DNA of 64,000 bases, from NCBI GenBank assembly GCA_030141605.1, contig JAQGDQ010000232.1:1-64000 (forward strand). Direction: 5' to 3'. The notes under the pieces were generated by a model. It saw nothing but the letters and a program-made list of their open reading frames with translations. It was not told the DNA's origin and ran no database searches. Of the stretch, positions 37,877-50,421 are shown in pieces. Source of the stretch: Tubiluchus corallicola (lineage: Eukaryota; Animalia; Priapulida). Within the stretch, counting starts at the first letter, position 1; every line of letters begins with the position of its first letter. The position numbers and the translations under genes were made by a program.

Positions 37877-40800
37877 ATGGTAAGTATAGAATAAAGAAAA
37901 ATAACGCTGAATTGTGTTTGCCAACTTTATATATAATTGTATTGTAATGTTTACCCTGGTGAATTCTGTGTTCATTTTGTCTTTAGGCTTGTGATACTGT
38001 TATTGTAATTACAGTTACAGTAACTAAAGTTAGTCGGCGTGATTTACTACCAACGAGATAGGCTTAAGAACTTTAAAATGAGTGGTATTTATAACTTTAC
38101 AAACGTAACGTGCTCTGGTTATATATTTATATTACTAGTATTACTTAGTATTACTTATTAGTAATAGTAATTAGTATTAATTAGTTTTGTGCAATACCAT
38201 TTGCCAAAATTAATGACAGAAATTAAAAACAAGCGATGACCTGTACCATCAGACATACATCTCAATTCGGTGGTGTACCTGATAAAGCGATGTTTATGAA
38301 ACAGTTTCCTTATATTTTGTTTGAATGAGAAATGCATCATAAATTATACATTGATTGTCTGTAATGTACCCGTGGCCTACAGAAATTTATAATCATTAAA
38401 ATTAGCATTGTCTTGCAGAGGGTGAGAGAAATACAAATGAAGAAGTGCAGAACCAGAAGTTTTTCTGTATAGTGCTGCAGGATTTACTTAATGTCTGTTA
38501 TTGTGGGAGTGCTTAAAGTTGCCAGTACTATTGACTGCAATTGGAAAAATGAGTGACGTGGTATCTCTGTAATGTAAAAAAAACTTATAGCTATTTTTTG
38601 CATTTCAGCCAGGAAGTAATGCTAGTCTTGGTTCACATAGTGGAAAGAAACGGAAAAGCAATGGCAGATACAAACTTGTCAATAAAGAGTCAACGATTGA
38701 CGAAACTCTTTTTGGCATTCCCAACAAGGTATGCAACATGAAACAGCAGCTAAACTTTATTTTAACAAATCTTTTGTTTTTTATATACAGTGATTAACTA
38801 TATGACTTAGCAAAACTGCTGCAGTGAGTCATCCACAAAATTTATTATCTACCTCAACATCAACTTTACTGTAGGGAAAGGCTATTTTTGAGCTTACAAA
38901 ATGAAGCCGTACTAGCTAAGTCAATACAATAGTCTTAAACAGGGAAGAAATACTAGTACGTGTACATTTTTTGCAACATGCTTTAATTAGTTTTTAATTT
39001 TTCCCTTTTATTGTAATAATCAGTGCACTCTTACATATTATACTCTTTGCACAACTACACTGTATGGTTATGATGATGTTGGTGATAATGATGGCAGTGA
39101 TGACGATGATGATGATGATTTCAATGGTGATGTTGTTGATGATGGTGATGATGATGATGATGATGATGGCAATAATGCTGTTGATGATGATGATGATGAT
39201 ACCATTAGTGAACTGAAACTCATACAAATAAATGCTGTTTTTGGGTACAGCCTAAACAAAAAATCTTATTAAAGTGTAAAAATATAAAATTGTAGAAGCC
39301 TACTGAATTGTGCATTGTTCTAAAATTCTTACTAAACTGTAAAATTAAGGAAATTGAGTTTAACATTAATCTATGGTAATGATTTACTTGCAGCATATGA
39401 CTAATTAAACTAGGCTTATTTAATTACCTATTTTTCACATAGCCGAGATCAGCAAAAAATAGAGAAATGACAAAGTCACAAGTTTTGCCATCCCGACAAG
39501 AAAAAGAGGTTATTCAACTTGTGAATCATGACCTCATACGAAACTTGATGTAAGTAATTATCTTTTCCCTAGCTCCATTATAAGCAAATTATGGAATACA
39601 GACCATGTTATATATAAAATTATTTAAAGTTCCTTTTTGCATAGTCTGAAACAGATAATGAAATTGTCAGCAATGCACAATGGTGGCAGGTGACAAAAGC
39701 ACAAATTTCTCAGTATATTCAAGTACATTAAAAATTAGTTTATAAATTCTAATATACACATCAATTTGTTCATAGTCATACTGTGCCTTATTGTAGCTAA
39801 AGAGCCATCTTGGTTATTGAAACAAGATTTCATGTTGGCAAAAGCCCTACTACTATATCAATGCTGACAATGCAGTACATTCAGTATAGCGTGGAAACTG
39901 GAAAAAGATTTGGCCTTTTTATTAACCTTGTATTTTAATCTGCAATTTATGCCTGCATTTTTTCAGTGTGCCTAAAGAAGATCCTAGTGGAATGTCAATA
40001 ATCCTACCTGGACGAGAATATTCTCGCATTTGCAGTGGCTCTAAAGTGATGACAAAAGAGGAAAGAAACAAATTTCTAGAAGAACTGAAAAAACAAAAGG
40101 CAGCAACAGAGGTCAGGATGTGTTTACAAAAATGTTTGTCAAGTTATTGATAATTGATTTACAGGTTTGTGAGTGATCTCATAATTAACAAGCTTCTTTA
40201 AGGCACTTAGCTTAGTTGTATTCTATTTTGAAAAATGTTCTTGCATACCTAATAATTTTGAATAATAAGCAATATAATTAATATAGTGGTTTTTAACTAG
40301 GATGCTTGCCAAGAGAGAAAGGACTTTTTTAAGAACATGGATCTAGATCGAGTACAAAATGAGCAACTCAATGAGTTGGATCAAGAAGCTAAAGAACAGG
40401 CCATGTTTGTTCTAGAAAAAGCTAAAGAACAAATACAAGAGCGGGAAAGTGAAATACAAGAGTTGAATGAGGTTTGTTTACTTTTTTGTAATCATTTAAT
40501 CTGGGTGATTGCTCTAGAACATTTAATGTGACAGTGGTGATGATGTAACGGTAATGGTGTAATGATGGTGGCAATGATGAGAGCTGTAAGAGATGGTCTT
40601 AGAAGAGATAAACCCAAATTTAAATTTGTAAGTTGGGGAACCATTTAAAAACCTTTTTGTATTTGTTTGATCACGTTTTACTTTAATTTATCATTTTAAC
40701 ACTATTCCATCTGTAATTAATATTCCATATCTGCAATTAACCTGCTTATATTTGTTAATACAGCAGGGGCTGCTAAATAGACTCACTTTGGGATGGAAGT

Positions 40801-43800
40801 ATTTTTACCCAATTAACCAGCTGAATCCATTAGCCGACAGTGTACCATATTACTACTATAGACGTATCAGTAATCACTCATAAGTTTAGTATGTGTTGCA
40901 AGGGTTCTAAATGAATTTTAGAAATAATTAATGTCAAAATGCTTATGCATAATTATTATTTAAGATTACTAATTTAAATAAGTGAATTAATGAGAAAGAA
41001 AAAAAATCGTTCAAATCTGATTATTACCACTAAAAATTACAAAAATGCGTACATTGTCAGTTGGTTAATTTCTTCACAAAGAAGTTGCATTGTGAAATTC
41101 ACATACTGATAAAACGTTGAAAATCTGTTGCTGTGTGCTGTATACTTGTTCACACAAAACACCTAATCACGTAATGCTTAAGCTGCAGTTGGTGATGAAA
41201 GATCTAAAGTAGCGGTAGCTTCAAAAGCAAATCGCAGGGTTTGCAGGGTTTGAGCAAGTAATTAAATGTTTAGCTTCCAGAAAAGATGAGTTTACCTACA
41301 GTGGGTGAGTGTGTGACACTGGTAGTCTTGAATAATAGCACATATGATCAGGGCTGGATTACCCTATAGGCTAGTATAGGCTGCAGCCTATAGGGTCCCT
41401 GAAGCTTGGGGGCCCCAAACTTGAAGGGCCTTACTAAAAGAATTTCATTTAACTTCTTTTCGAAAAGTGCGTATAATTTTTTAATATTTCGCATTGCTGA
41501 ATAATTCATTTAACTTAAAATAAATTTCAGCTTGGGAGTCTGAAAAACCAATTTAATAAAAGTGACCCTTTATTTGAGATGGTGTCTACCCTTGAGGCCT
41601 TTCATTTGAGGTAGGTGTCCCAGCTTTGAGCCCTATTTGTAAATCCGGGGCCCTCGGTCCATGTTTGTTTATCATCTTGCTCATCTTGCGGGCGAGTTAG
41701 AGGGTGGATCCATCTAGAGGGGGCCCCATAATTTTATTAGCTTGGAGGCCCCAAATGGTCATAATCCAGCCAGGCATATAATAAAAAGTACCTGCTTACA
41801 TTCAGAGCTGTACTTTTCATGACTGTTTCTACATATATTTTAGTGCATAAAAGCAAACTAAAGATGACATAAAAGTACTAAAAGCTCTTTTGTCATTTTA
41901 AGTGCATGAAGGAAAATATTGAGTCAATTATGCAGAGTTATTTGAGCGTACCAGGCATTTTTGAGTAAATTAAGTGGCTGATTCTATTAACTGTGAGACT
42001 AATTAAACGGCGCCTACTGTACAAAGATTTCATTATTTAGTGGGTGCCTAGGTGGATATATTGAACACCTTGGTGCCAGTCACCAGCTTGGTTTTCTTTT
42101 CAAGGAAAACGAATTTATTTTCAGTTAATAATGCAAGTAAAATGTCACGCGATAAGAGATGCACAACTGGCTGAAAAAGAGGAAATTCGGAAAGAGCTTG
42201 AAGAAGAAGAAAAAAGATTGGATAAGATGATGGAAATAGAAAGAGTGAATGAATTACGCAGGCAAGAAGAACAGGAAACTAAACGCAAGAAAGAGAGCAT
42301 CGCGTGAGTAGGAAATGGTGTCATTCAGCAGTAACATTGTCAATCTTTTTAGTTGATGATCATGCAATAAGTCAAACAAAACAATGGTTAGATTTGCTCT
42401 ACCATAGTGAATTAACATATTTACAGTGCATTGTCTATTTTTTCATATTTATTTACTAACATGTAACTTTTTTATTATTTTATAGCTTTCTAGTTAAAAC
42501 CCTCTTTTTCTCTATTGTGAGAACCAGTTTTTTCTGCTTTAATCATGCGCATTGTATACCTCCATTTTTATCAGGCGAGCAAAACAAATCCTCTATCAGA
42601 TTGAACGTAATGAGGAAGAAAAGATGTTGGCACAAGACAGGAAGGAGCAAGAAGCAGAACAGATTCGTCGTCAAAATGCTCAATATTACGAACAAGACCT
42701 AGAAGATTTGCGAAAAAAACAACAGCAGCAACACGAATTGCAGGTGCCTGCTTCTTATTTGCTTGATGCATCCTAAAGTGATTATACAGTCGAATCTTGG
42801 TAATGCAATTTTCATGGGACCCAGATATTTTTTCATATTAATCATGTTTCGTACTATCCATTACGTACATTTACATTAATTCCTAATGTTATTTCTAACA
42901 TAAAACAACAATTATATGATGCCTGTAACATCTACAGTGGTTATCTTTTAATCAATGAAAGTATTGTTTACCTACCTTTTCCCACAAGCACATATTACAT
43001 ACAACATGCTACCAGTCAGTCTAGTACAGTAGAAACAAGAGAATTAGTGGTGCCAGAGAGTCTGCAGTATACAACTTTTTGCTGCTTATAACTGGATACC
43101 TTTTAACAGCGGGCAGTAACACACATAAGATGGTTTAAACTACATAATGGAAAATTGCCCACAGAATGGGAAGCTGAAGTCTTTAAGAAATTAATAATTT
43201 CACTGGAGGCATTTATATCTATACAGTTAACTGAGTAAATCAACAGTAGACCTAGCCATGATACTGTACATACATGTATTACATTATGAGATGTAATGAG
43301 TTGTAAAAACAATCAACTACGCTATGGGCACCGTTGGCAACAGGTTAAGATTGTCTAGATGGAGCGGGCCACCCAGAAATGATATTACAGGTGGTTTCTT
43401 ATATTGAACTCATATTGGCGGTACTTTGAGAAATCATCTTATGAAACTGGGTTTTGTAGTAACGAGTTTCGTATTAGGCATAAGTTATTACATGGGCTTT
43501 ATTATAACTTTGGTAGGGACATAATAAAATCATCGTACTACTGAGAGTTTGTTATAAGCCGAATCGTATTACTGGGATTTGACTGTACAAAAACCTCTTA
43601 TGAATGTGTACAGCTTGGAGTATTTTCCTAAAAAGCCACCAAGAGACTAACTTGTCAACGTCATTGTTGACTAAAAGATTCCCTCTGAAGGTTCTACATT
43701 ATACAAATGGTGCCTTGGAAAGGCAGTCTCATGCGTATCGTATAACAGAATATTCATAGTGGCTTTTGTCATGTTTTTGCATAACCTTGAAACACAAGCA

Positions 43801-46800
43801 ATCTTTAATAGCAATTATATTAACTAGGTAATTACCCATTTGAATTAAAGAAACTTTAGTCTATGATACACTTCATTTTATCAAGAATAAGAAAACATTT
43901 ACACATAGTGTTGTACCATCTGGAAGAATAGCAGATGAGCAGTTGAAACTAACTTATACAAGCTCTCTCGTCATAGGAAGCCATGGCTAGAGAGAATGAA
44001 GAGGCCATGAGACGAAAAGCTCAAGCAACTGAAGAAGAACGGTTAGCTGATCTTAAGGTTTTGCAGTTCATGAAAGAAAGACAGGTAAATTTAAATTTGT
44101 TATGACTTTCAAAAAGATGCCTGCTTAATAATTTATTATGATGAATGTATTTAACTAACTATATAGAACAGAAATAAAGTGAAGTAATGTAGCTATTTAT
44201 GTTGACAGTAATTATTATAATATGTATATGAAAGAAATGAGCAATATTCAAATACACGTGTTCGAGAAAAATCACTCTTGGTCTGTTTCGTTTCCCATAT
44301 AGGTTACCAGTATTTGATGGTTCATGAATATGCATCTTAAATGTTGCAATAGTTTGCTTGTGTTAAAATCAAACTCTCTAAAGATTCTCAGTTATCTCAG
44401 GTGGACAGTTAGGATATCAAGATGGAATTTAGAAAAACTTGGAAGAAATGAAAATTTTCAATTTTGTATCAGAGTGAAATGTAGCATAATTAACATTATT
44501 AAATTTTAAGCTAAATTTTTAATTTTAGACTTCTAATAACTTGTAAAATGCTGGAAATGTGTTTGGTTTGGTGAAGGTGCTTATAGAGCTGCTGGACATG
44601 GGAGATTGATATTTGACATAATGATGGAAAGGGGGAAAGCTGGAATGTGCTTTACAATTAAAACTGTAGCTTTCAAACAGCTGAGAAATTTTTAAATAAA
44701 ATGTCATAACTGAGATTTTCTAAATAAATAAAGGAGCGAGAGCAAGCATTTGAGGAGGAGCAAGTACGGATCAAACGAGAGAAAGAGAAAGAAATCCAGA
44801 GACTTCGATCTCTTCAGGAACGAGCAAAGGACTACCAAGCTGAAAAGGTACGATAGAAATTTAATACTTAGTATGCAGTTGGGACACGAGCTATTCATTT
44901 CAAGACCTAGCAAGGTCATTGTTGTCCGTAAAGCACAGCATAGGTGCTCAGTTAGTATTGCATTACATACATATTATCAGGCTAAGAGTCATAGTTCAAG
45001 GGATAACTGAAGCTAATTTCTGCTGGGAAGGAAAGCATGCGGCAGTGTTACAAAGGTTGCACACTAACCCAATCCATCCAGCCAAATCGTACCTTAATGT
45101 AACTTGATGTAAGTTATCCTAATTTAACTGGAACTAACTTGCTGTAATTTTACCCTAACTTAAACTTACAAACCAAGTCTGATTCAGCCTGTCATCCTTT
45201 TTAATGTAACTTAATGCAATATACTGTTAACATAATTCATAATGAACTATTTAACCTAATTTACATGTCATATTTATAGGATGCTTTGAGGGCCAAGAGA
45301 AACCAGGAACAAGTGGAGCGAGAATGGCGGCGGAAAGAGAAGGAGGACGCAGTCAGGAAATTACAATCAGAGAAAGAGCTGAATGAAGCCAGAGAAAAAC
45401 AGGTGGCTACGAAGCATCACTACTTGGCTGTGCAAGCACAACGCGAAAGAGCAGAATTTGACAAAGTTCTACGGTATATTGTACATAATTAATTGTTTTT
45501 AGTGTAGTAGTTACTGGTTTGACAGTCAAACTATGCAATGTTCAGACGGAGGAGCTGTGCAGCAATGATGACCTCAGTCAAAAGTGATGTATACCATTGT
45601 TTTTTTGCACAATCCACACCTCTGCAAGCAAGAATCCAGCATTCAACAACAGGTCCTACTTAAAGGATGTTTGTAGTGAGACCGCATGCTGACTCACTAT
45701 CAAGGCCATATCTGAAGGTGAGCCACTGAACCAGCAGAAGTTTCACAGTCTAATTCAGATGGTAGACATGTTAACTTCAAACGTGTCACAAGACTGAAAT
45801 TCAGCACTCACCGACAGATCCTGCTATTGATGTTGAATCACTGTGGCAGGACCAAGACCAAACTCATGAATCATTATCAAGGATAATCCTCTAAGGCAAG
45901 ATATTGAACTAGCAGAAATATTTTATGTATGTTCAGACGTGTGTGTATTCTTCTTCGATGGGATAATGGACTAAAAGCAGCGGCTCTAACAAGCCGCTCA
46001 GTAGCAGTTTCCATGTTGGCTATACATCCATTTGGTAATCAGTCCTGCGATTACTTAACATATAGCAGGCACACTGATAACTTAGCCATTTGCATTACTA
46101 AATGAAATGCAAGGGGTTTCTTGCTTGGCAAGACAAAGTTAATTCCTAAACTCCACACAATTTTACATGAAAGAATTTTATAAAACAATATTTTTGGTTA
46201 TGTGTTGCATTTTCAGCTAGTATTATCCTTTCTTGTCTCTTCCTTTTGATGCACTATGCTTAATTTAGTATAACAATCAAGCATAGTTGGTTAGTTGTAC
46301 AGCTAACAACAAACAAAAACAATGTATGTTTAAGGGCTACGTTAGATGCACATCATAAAGAAGTGGAGGAAGGAAAAGAACGTAGGAAGAAAATGTTGGA
46401 ACATGCGGAACAGGTGCGAAAACAGATCCATAGAAAAGAAGCGGATAGGATCTACGATCGTCAACAGTTCTTCCAAGAAGGTAGGGCAGGTGTATAGCTA
46501 CCAGAGAATAAAAGCATCAACTGTAATTGGTTGGCAATATGTAATCCATTTTAGCAAAATCTTGCATCATGCTTTTTGTTAGCATCCATGCTCTTGGTCT
46601 GTATATTAAAAGAATTCAACATTGAATTTTCTCTCAATTGTTATAGCAGCCTTCGAGGAGCTGTTGCGTCTTAAATTCTGACTTCCTATCATGGTAACAA
46701 ATTGGTAACATTTATAATTTAAATCATCTGAACACCTTACAATGATTGATAGAAACAGACTCTTTCCTGACAGCTTATACGGCTTGTAGCAGAAACATTC

Positions 46801-48015
46801 GCAACTGCGAACTGTAAAAATCCCAACTGTAAAAATTCCAAAAAAATCATTTTTTGTGCATTTACACAATCGGTAGGATACTTATAGGAACATTTTTCTT
46901 TCTAGAGTACATTACTGTTTTTGGATAAAAATGTCTAAGAGCCAAGTTTTCAACTTCCTGGAAGCCATTTTTTATTTTATTTTACAGTTAGATGTTAGTA
47001 GCACTATTGAATGATGACATTATTGCACTAATTTTCAATTTTTTCTCTAAGCAAGTTTAATATCAGTATCAAAACCAATAGTTAATAACCAAATAATAGT
47101 CATAAAGTGTATTAACTGTATGTTGACGGTTAAGTGTAATAATGAACATGATTAATAACAAGTTTCTAGGCTTACTACAACCTAGTAGATATGAATATCT
47201 ACTTAAAAAGTATATTTGAGAAAATTTTGTTTTCAAACAGGAAAAAAGTTGGCAGAGGAATCTAGAGAAAGAAGAGAAAAACTACAAGCACTCAAACTAA
47301 AGAAAGCTGATGAACTGAGGTAATTACTTCCCTACATGCAAATAAACAAACAGAAGCGGTTGCTTAATAAAAGTCAGATAAAAGTCAATCACGAAACATT
47401 ATAAAAAATTCAAAGTGAGGTTTAAAAATAAGCAGCAAGAAAGCTGCAACACAAGCAAACACGACCAACAAAACAGTAATACAGGTAATAATATTGTCTT
47501 AACAAACCAGTATGGGCAAAGCAATAATTCCTACTATAAACTGAGCATTTGCAACTGCAAAATCCAGTTTAATGAGTTTAGAGGCATAGCTGTTGTCTCC
47601 TTGCAGTTGGTTAGAAAATTATGTAATCTTATTGTGTTTCATAAGATTCTATGGCAAAGTTATAATGTAACATAAAATATAAGTTTTTTGAACTGTTAAA
47701 AATAAAATTTTTCAGGCTCCCACAGATTTGGTTTTTATGACATTGTTTATTCATTGAAAAAATAAAAAAATGTAATACTAAAATCTCAACATAAAATTAG
47801 GGGAGGGTTAAGTTAAACTAAAGTGACTCGCAAGAAACACAGTTATTACACTTATGTATTTGGCTAAAAAGCTTTAGTTGGCACCTTCTGGAGTTTTTTT
47901 TTTGAAATGTTTTCATCAATTTTCGTCGTTCACTTTCAGGAAAGTTGGAATTTCGGAACGATATGTAGCAGAAGTGGAAAGGAAGATTGCCAAATCAACA
48001 AAGCTCCCTGCTTAA
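37877..48015 (+). CDS. CFAP45: Cilia- and flagella-associated protein 45 (CCDC19/NESG1)
   Basis: Exons: 37877-37879 (ATG|gtaagt), 38609-38728, 39443-39549, 39967-40111, 40301-40471, 42125-42303, 42575-42743, 43977-44084, 44734-44847, 45280-45473, 46335-46480, 47241-47319, 47940-48015. Motifs IDETLFG, DLIRNLIVPKEDPSG, KCHAIRDAQ, DALRAKRNQEQVEREWRRKEKE; long E/K/R/Q coiled coil. Confidence 0.92.
39065..39200. repeat. (GAT)n imperfect trinucleotide microsatellite
   Basis: gatgatgatgat... runs; explains the poly-I and poly-S pseudo-ORFs. Confidence 0.95.
40856..42019. mobile_element. Second copy of the CAGTAGGCGC-TIR MITE, interrupted by a nested hAT MITE (left end approximate)
   Basis: Shares aaaatctgttgctgtgtg, tttagcttccagaaa, tacctgcttaca, gagtcaattatgc and taaacggcgcctactg(TA) with 36805-37436. 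Confidence 0.7.
41349..41774. mobile_element. hAT-type MITE nested in another MITE
   Basis: Termini cagggctggatta ... taatccagccagg; 8-bp TSD catatgat/catataat; gggcccc subterminal motifs; absent from the sister copy near 37150. Confidence 0.75.
42787..43585. mobile_element. pogo/Tigger-like non-autonomous DNA transposon
   Basis: TA-cagtcgaatcttggtaatgc ... gtattactgggatttgactg-TA: imperfect ~20 bp TIRs with TA target duplication. Confidence 0.75.
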
Positions 48016-50421
48016 ATTTGAAAAAAATCGATAAAATGCAGCATTTTGATCAGTTTGCTTTACCATAACCCAACAACCTTATACATAATGCATATAAATT
48101 AGCCAGAATTGTACTAACTTAGCCATAATACACACAAATATAGAACTTCTAGAAGTTTGTGATACGAAAAAATGTCTTCGAGTTGATGAAACCAATGTGA
48201 GTTTGTCATATAAGTTTTATATAACGTTATGCACACTGAGCACCTTCCTGCAAGTGATTTATTTAATTACAAAACTGGTTTCTACTGCATATACCATATG
48301 TAAAAATTACTCGTTATTACTAATAGTCCCGGTATTTTGTTACAGGACACAAGCTTACTTACATAGTTTGAAAGTGTCATGAGAAAATTTTCACCGTATT
48401 TCATTATAAGTTACAACTTTTGTAATGTTATATTGTAACTGCTGTGGTGTCAATCTACATGCTTAGATTTTACATAAAAGTACACTTATTGTATAGAAAA
48501 AGACATTGGCAAGTATTTGCTTTCGCACAGTCTCATTTTTTTAATGTACACTTTTCTGCAGTAATTGAAAATTTGTTAGCGCAAGTAAAAAAAAGCTTTT
48601 TACATAAGTCCACTGGAAATCATCTATTCTGAGCAACATTAAAGTACACCAGCTGTATAAACAATAAAATTCATTGATATATAAATGCATTCGTTTTGTT
48701 TTCCATTACAACTCTTTCTAGATAACAACTTAATGCGGGAGACTAAATTAATGTCATTATAAATACCACTAAACTTGGCTTAAAAGTGGCTTGCTAGATC
48801 ATTGGAATGAAATATTTCATAAAAAACAAAGTGAAATAACTTAACAAAAATATCAATATTAACATCAAAAGCAAAGAACTTTTTATATTAGGATAAAGCT
48901 AATACGGCATATACATGCATAAACAACTGCAAAAAAGAAGTTCTGGAATCCTACAAAACAAGCAGGAAAAACTGATCTTATGGAACAAAGTCAAGACAGA
49001 CTTATGTATCCAGAAAATATTAAAATTTTATAATGGTATATTAATTTTATAATAATACTACTATTCTAGCAAGACTATTTATTCTGGTATAATAATTTCC
49101 CTCCACGAATTTATACTATTATACCTCCTTACACTGCTGTACCTACTTGTACCAATAATGTTGCGAATGTACAACAGCATATAAAAAGACCATAAGTAGA
49201 CCATGTAATGTAACAAAAATCTAAAGCCTCGAAACTTTATGAGACATGCATTCAAAATGTTAGGGAACTATAATTTTGTACACAGTACACTGGATGCAAA
49301 ATGCACAGCAATAATAATCCAGTGTAAGAGAAATAACTTTTAATACTGTTTATTATAAAGCTGCAACTGAAATGGTAATTCGTAAAGAAAAACATAAGTG
49401 ACATGACATTTTATGCAATGGTTCATCGTTTGTGTTATGTGTCATCATAATATCTGCACTTAACCACAGACTTTTGTATTTGTACTATGCTTAAAAAACT
49501 ATACATTTATAAATCTAGTAATGTAATATAGCTCTTCAGCTGAATTTAGTTGTATTACATAAAAGATTAATTTGTGCACACTTTCTAATTTGCAAGCATA
49601 ATATTTTGAGTGCTTGTGCAATTCACAAATAAGTCATAACAAGAGAAAACTCCCTTCTGACGAGCGTTGAGATGGAATGGAGTGCACTGTCGCAGTACTG
49701 ATGCCACCCATCAGCAGTACACCACTTCCTAGCTAACATCCAAATTAACATTTTAACCAAAATCTTGACTTGTAACTCCAAAAACTAATTCGATTATTAT
49801 GTTTGTTCAATATGAGTGCTGAACATAAGTGGATAAACTCTAGAAAGTACTGTTATACCAGCATTAATAATATTATTATGGTTATATTCGCTTGAATCAC
49901 CATTGATAGACCAAGTTACACAATGCAGTAATACTGGGCACACTACTGAATGATGTGTACAACATAAGGTAAGCAACATGGCTGCACACTTTTGTTGAAT
50001 GTTTTTGAACACTCAGAAAGTATTAAGCAATATCTTTTTAAAAGTTATGTTTTACAATTATATCAACTTTAGAAGCATATTAGCCACTCCAAATTGGGGG
50101 AAGGGTACGTCTAATTTAATTAATTTGTGGTCAACCTGTGCTTACCACTAGCTTAAAGATAATACAAAAAAATGCGGTCACAGTGGATGTGAAAGTCGAA
50201 TGTGTAAATATCTTAGTCAAATATACATATAATGCATGCTTACTTGTGCATTGATTATAATAAAATATAGATATTCCATTCAGAGCTCCAGACAATAACA
50301 AAAATCAATGTCACATTCACAGGGCAGCTGACAAAAATGATATTTACATCCTCAGTGATAAATATGACCACAATTCCTCTCAATCCAAAACCACACGCCA
50401 AAACTTGCAGTCGAATCATAA

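Noticed and set aside
38994-39259. Poly-Ile and poly-Ser ORFs
   Set aside because: Translations of a (GAT)n microsatellite in a CFAP45 intron.
44935-45005. tRNA or tRNA-derived SINE (A/B-box-like gctcagttag...gttcaag)
   Set aside because: No cloverleaf can be formed and the boxes are too degenerate to support a call.
49657-49690. CTGACGAG as a second hammerhead core
   Set aside because: No stem II followed by GAAA, and no cleavage triplet geometry.
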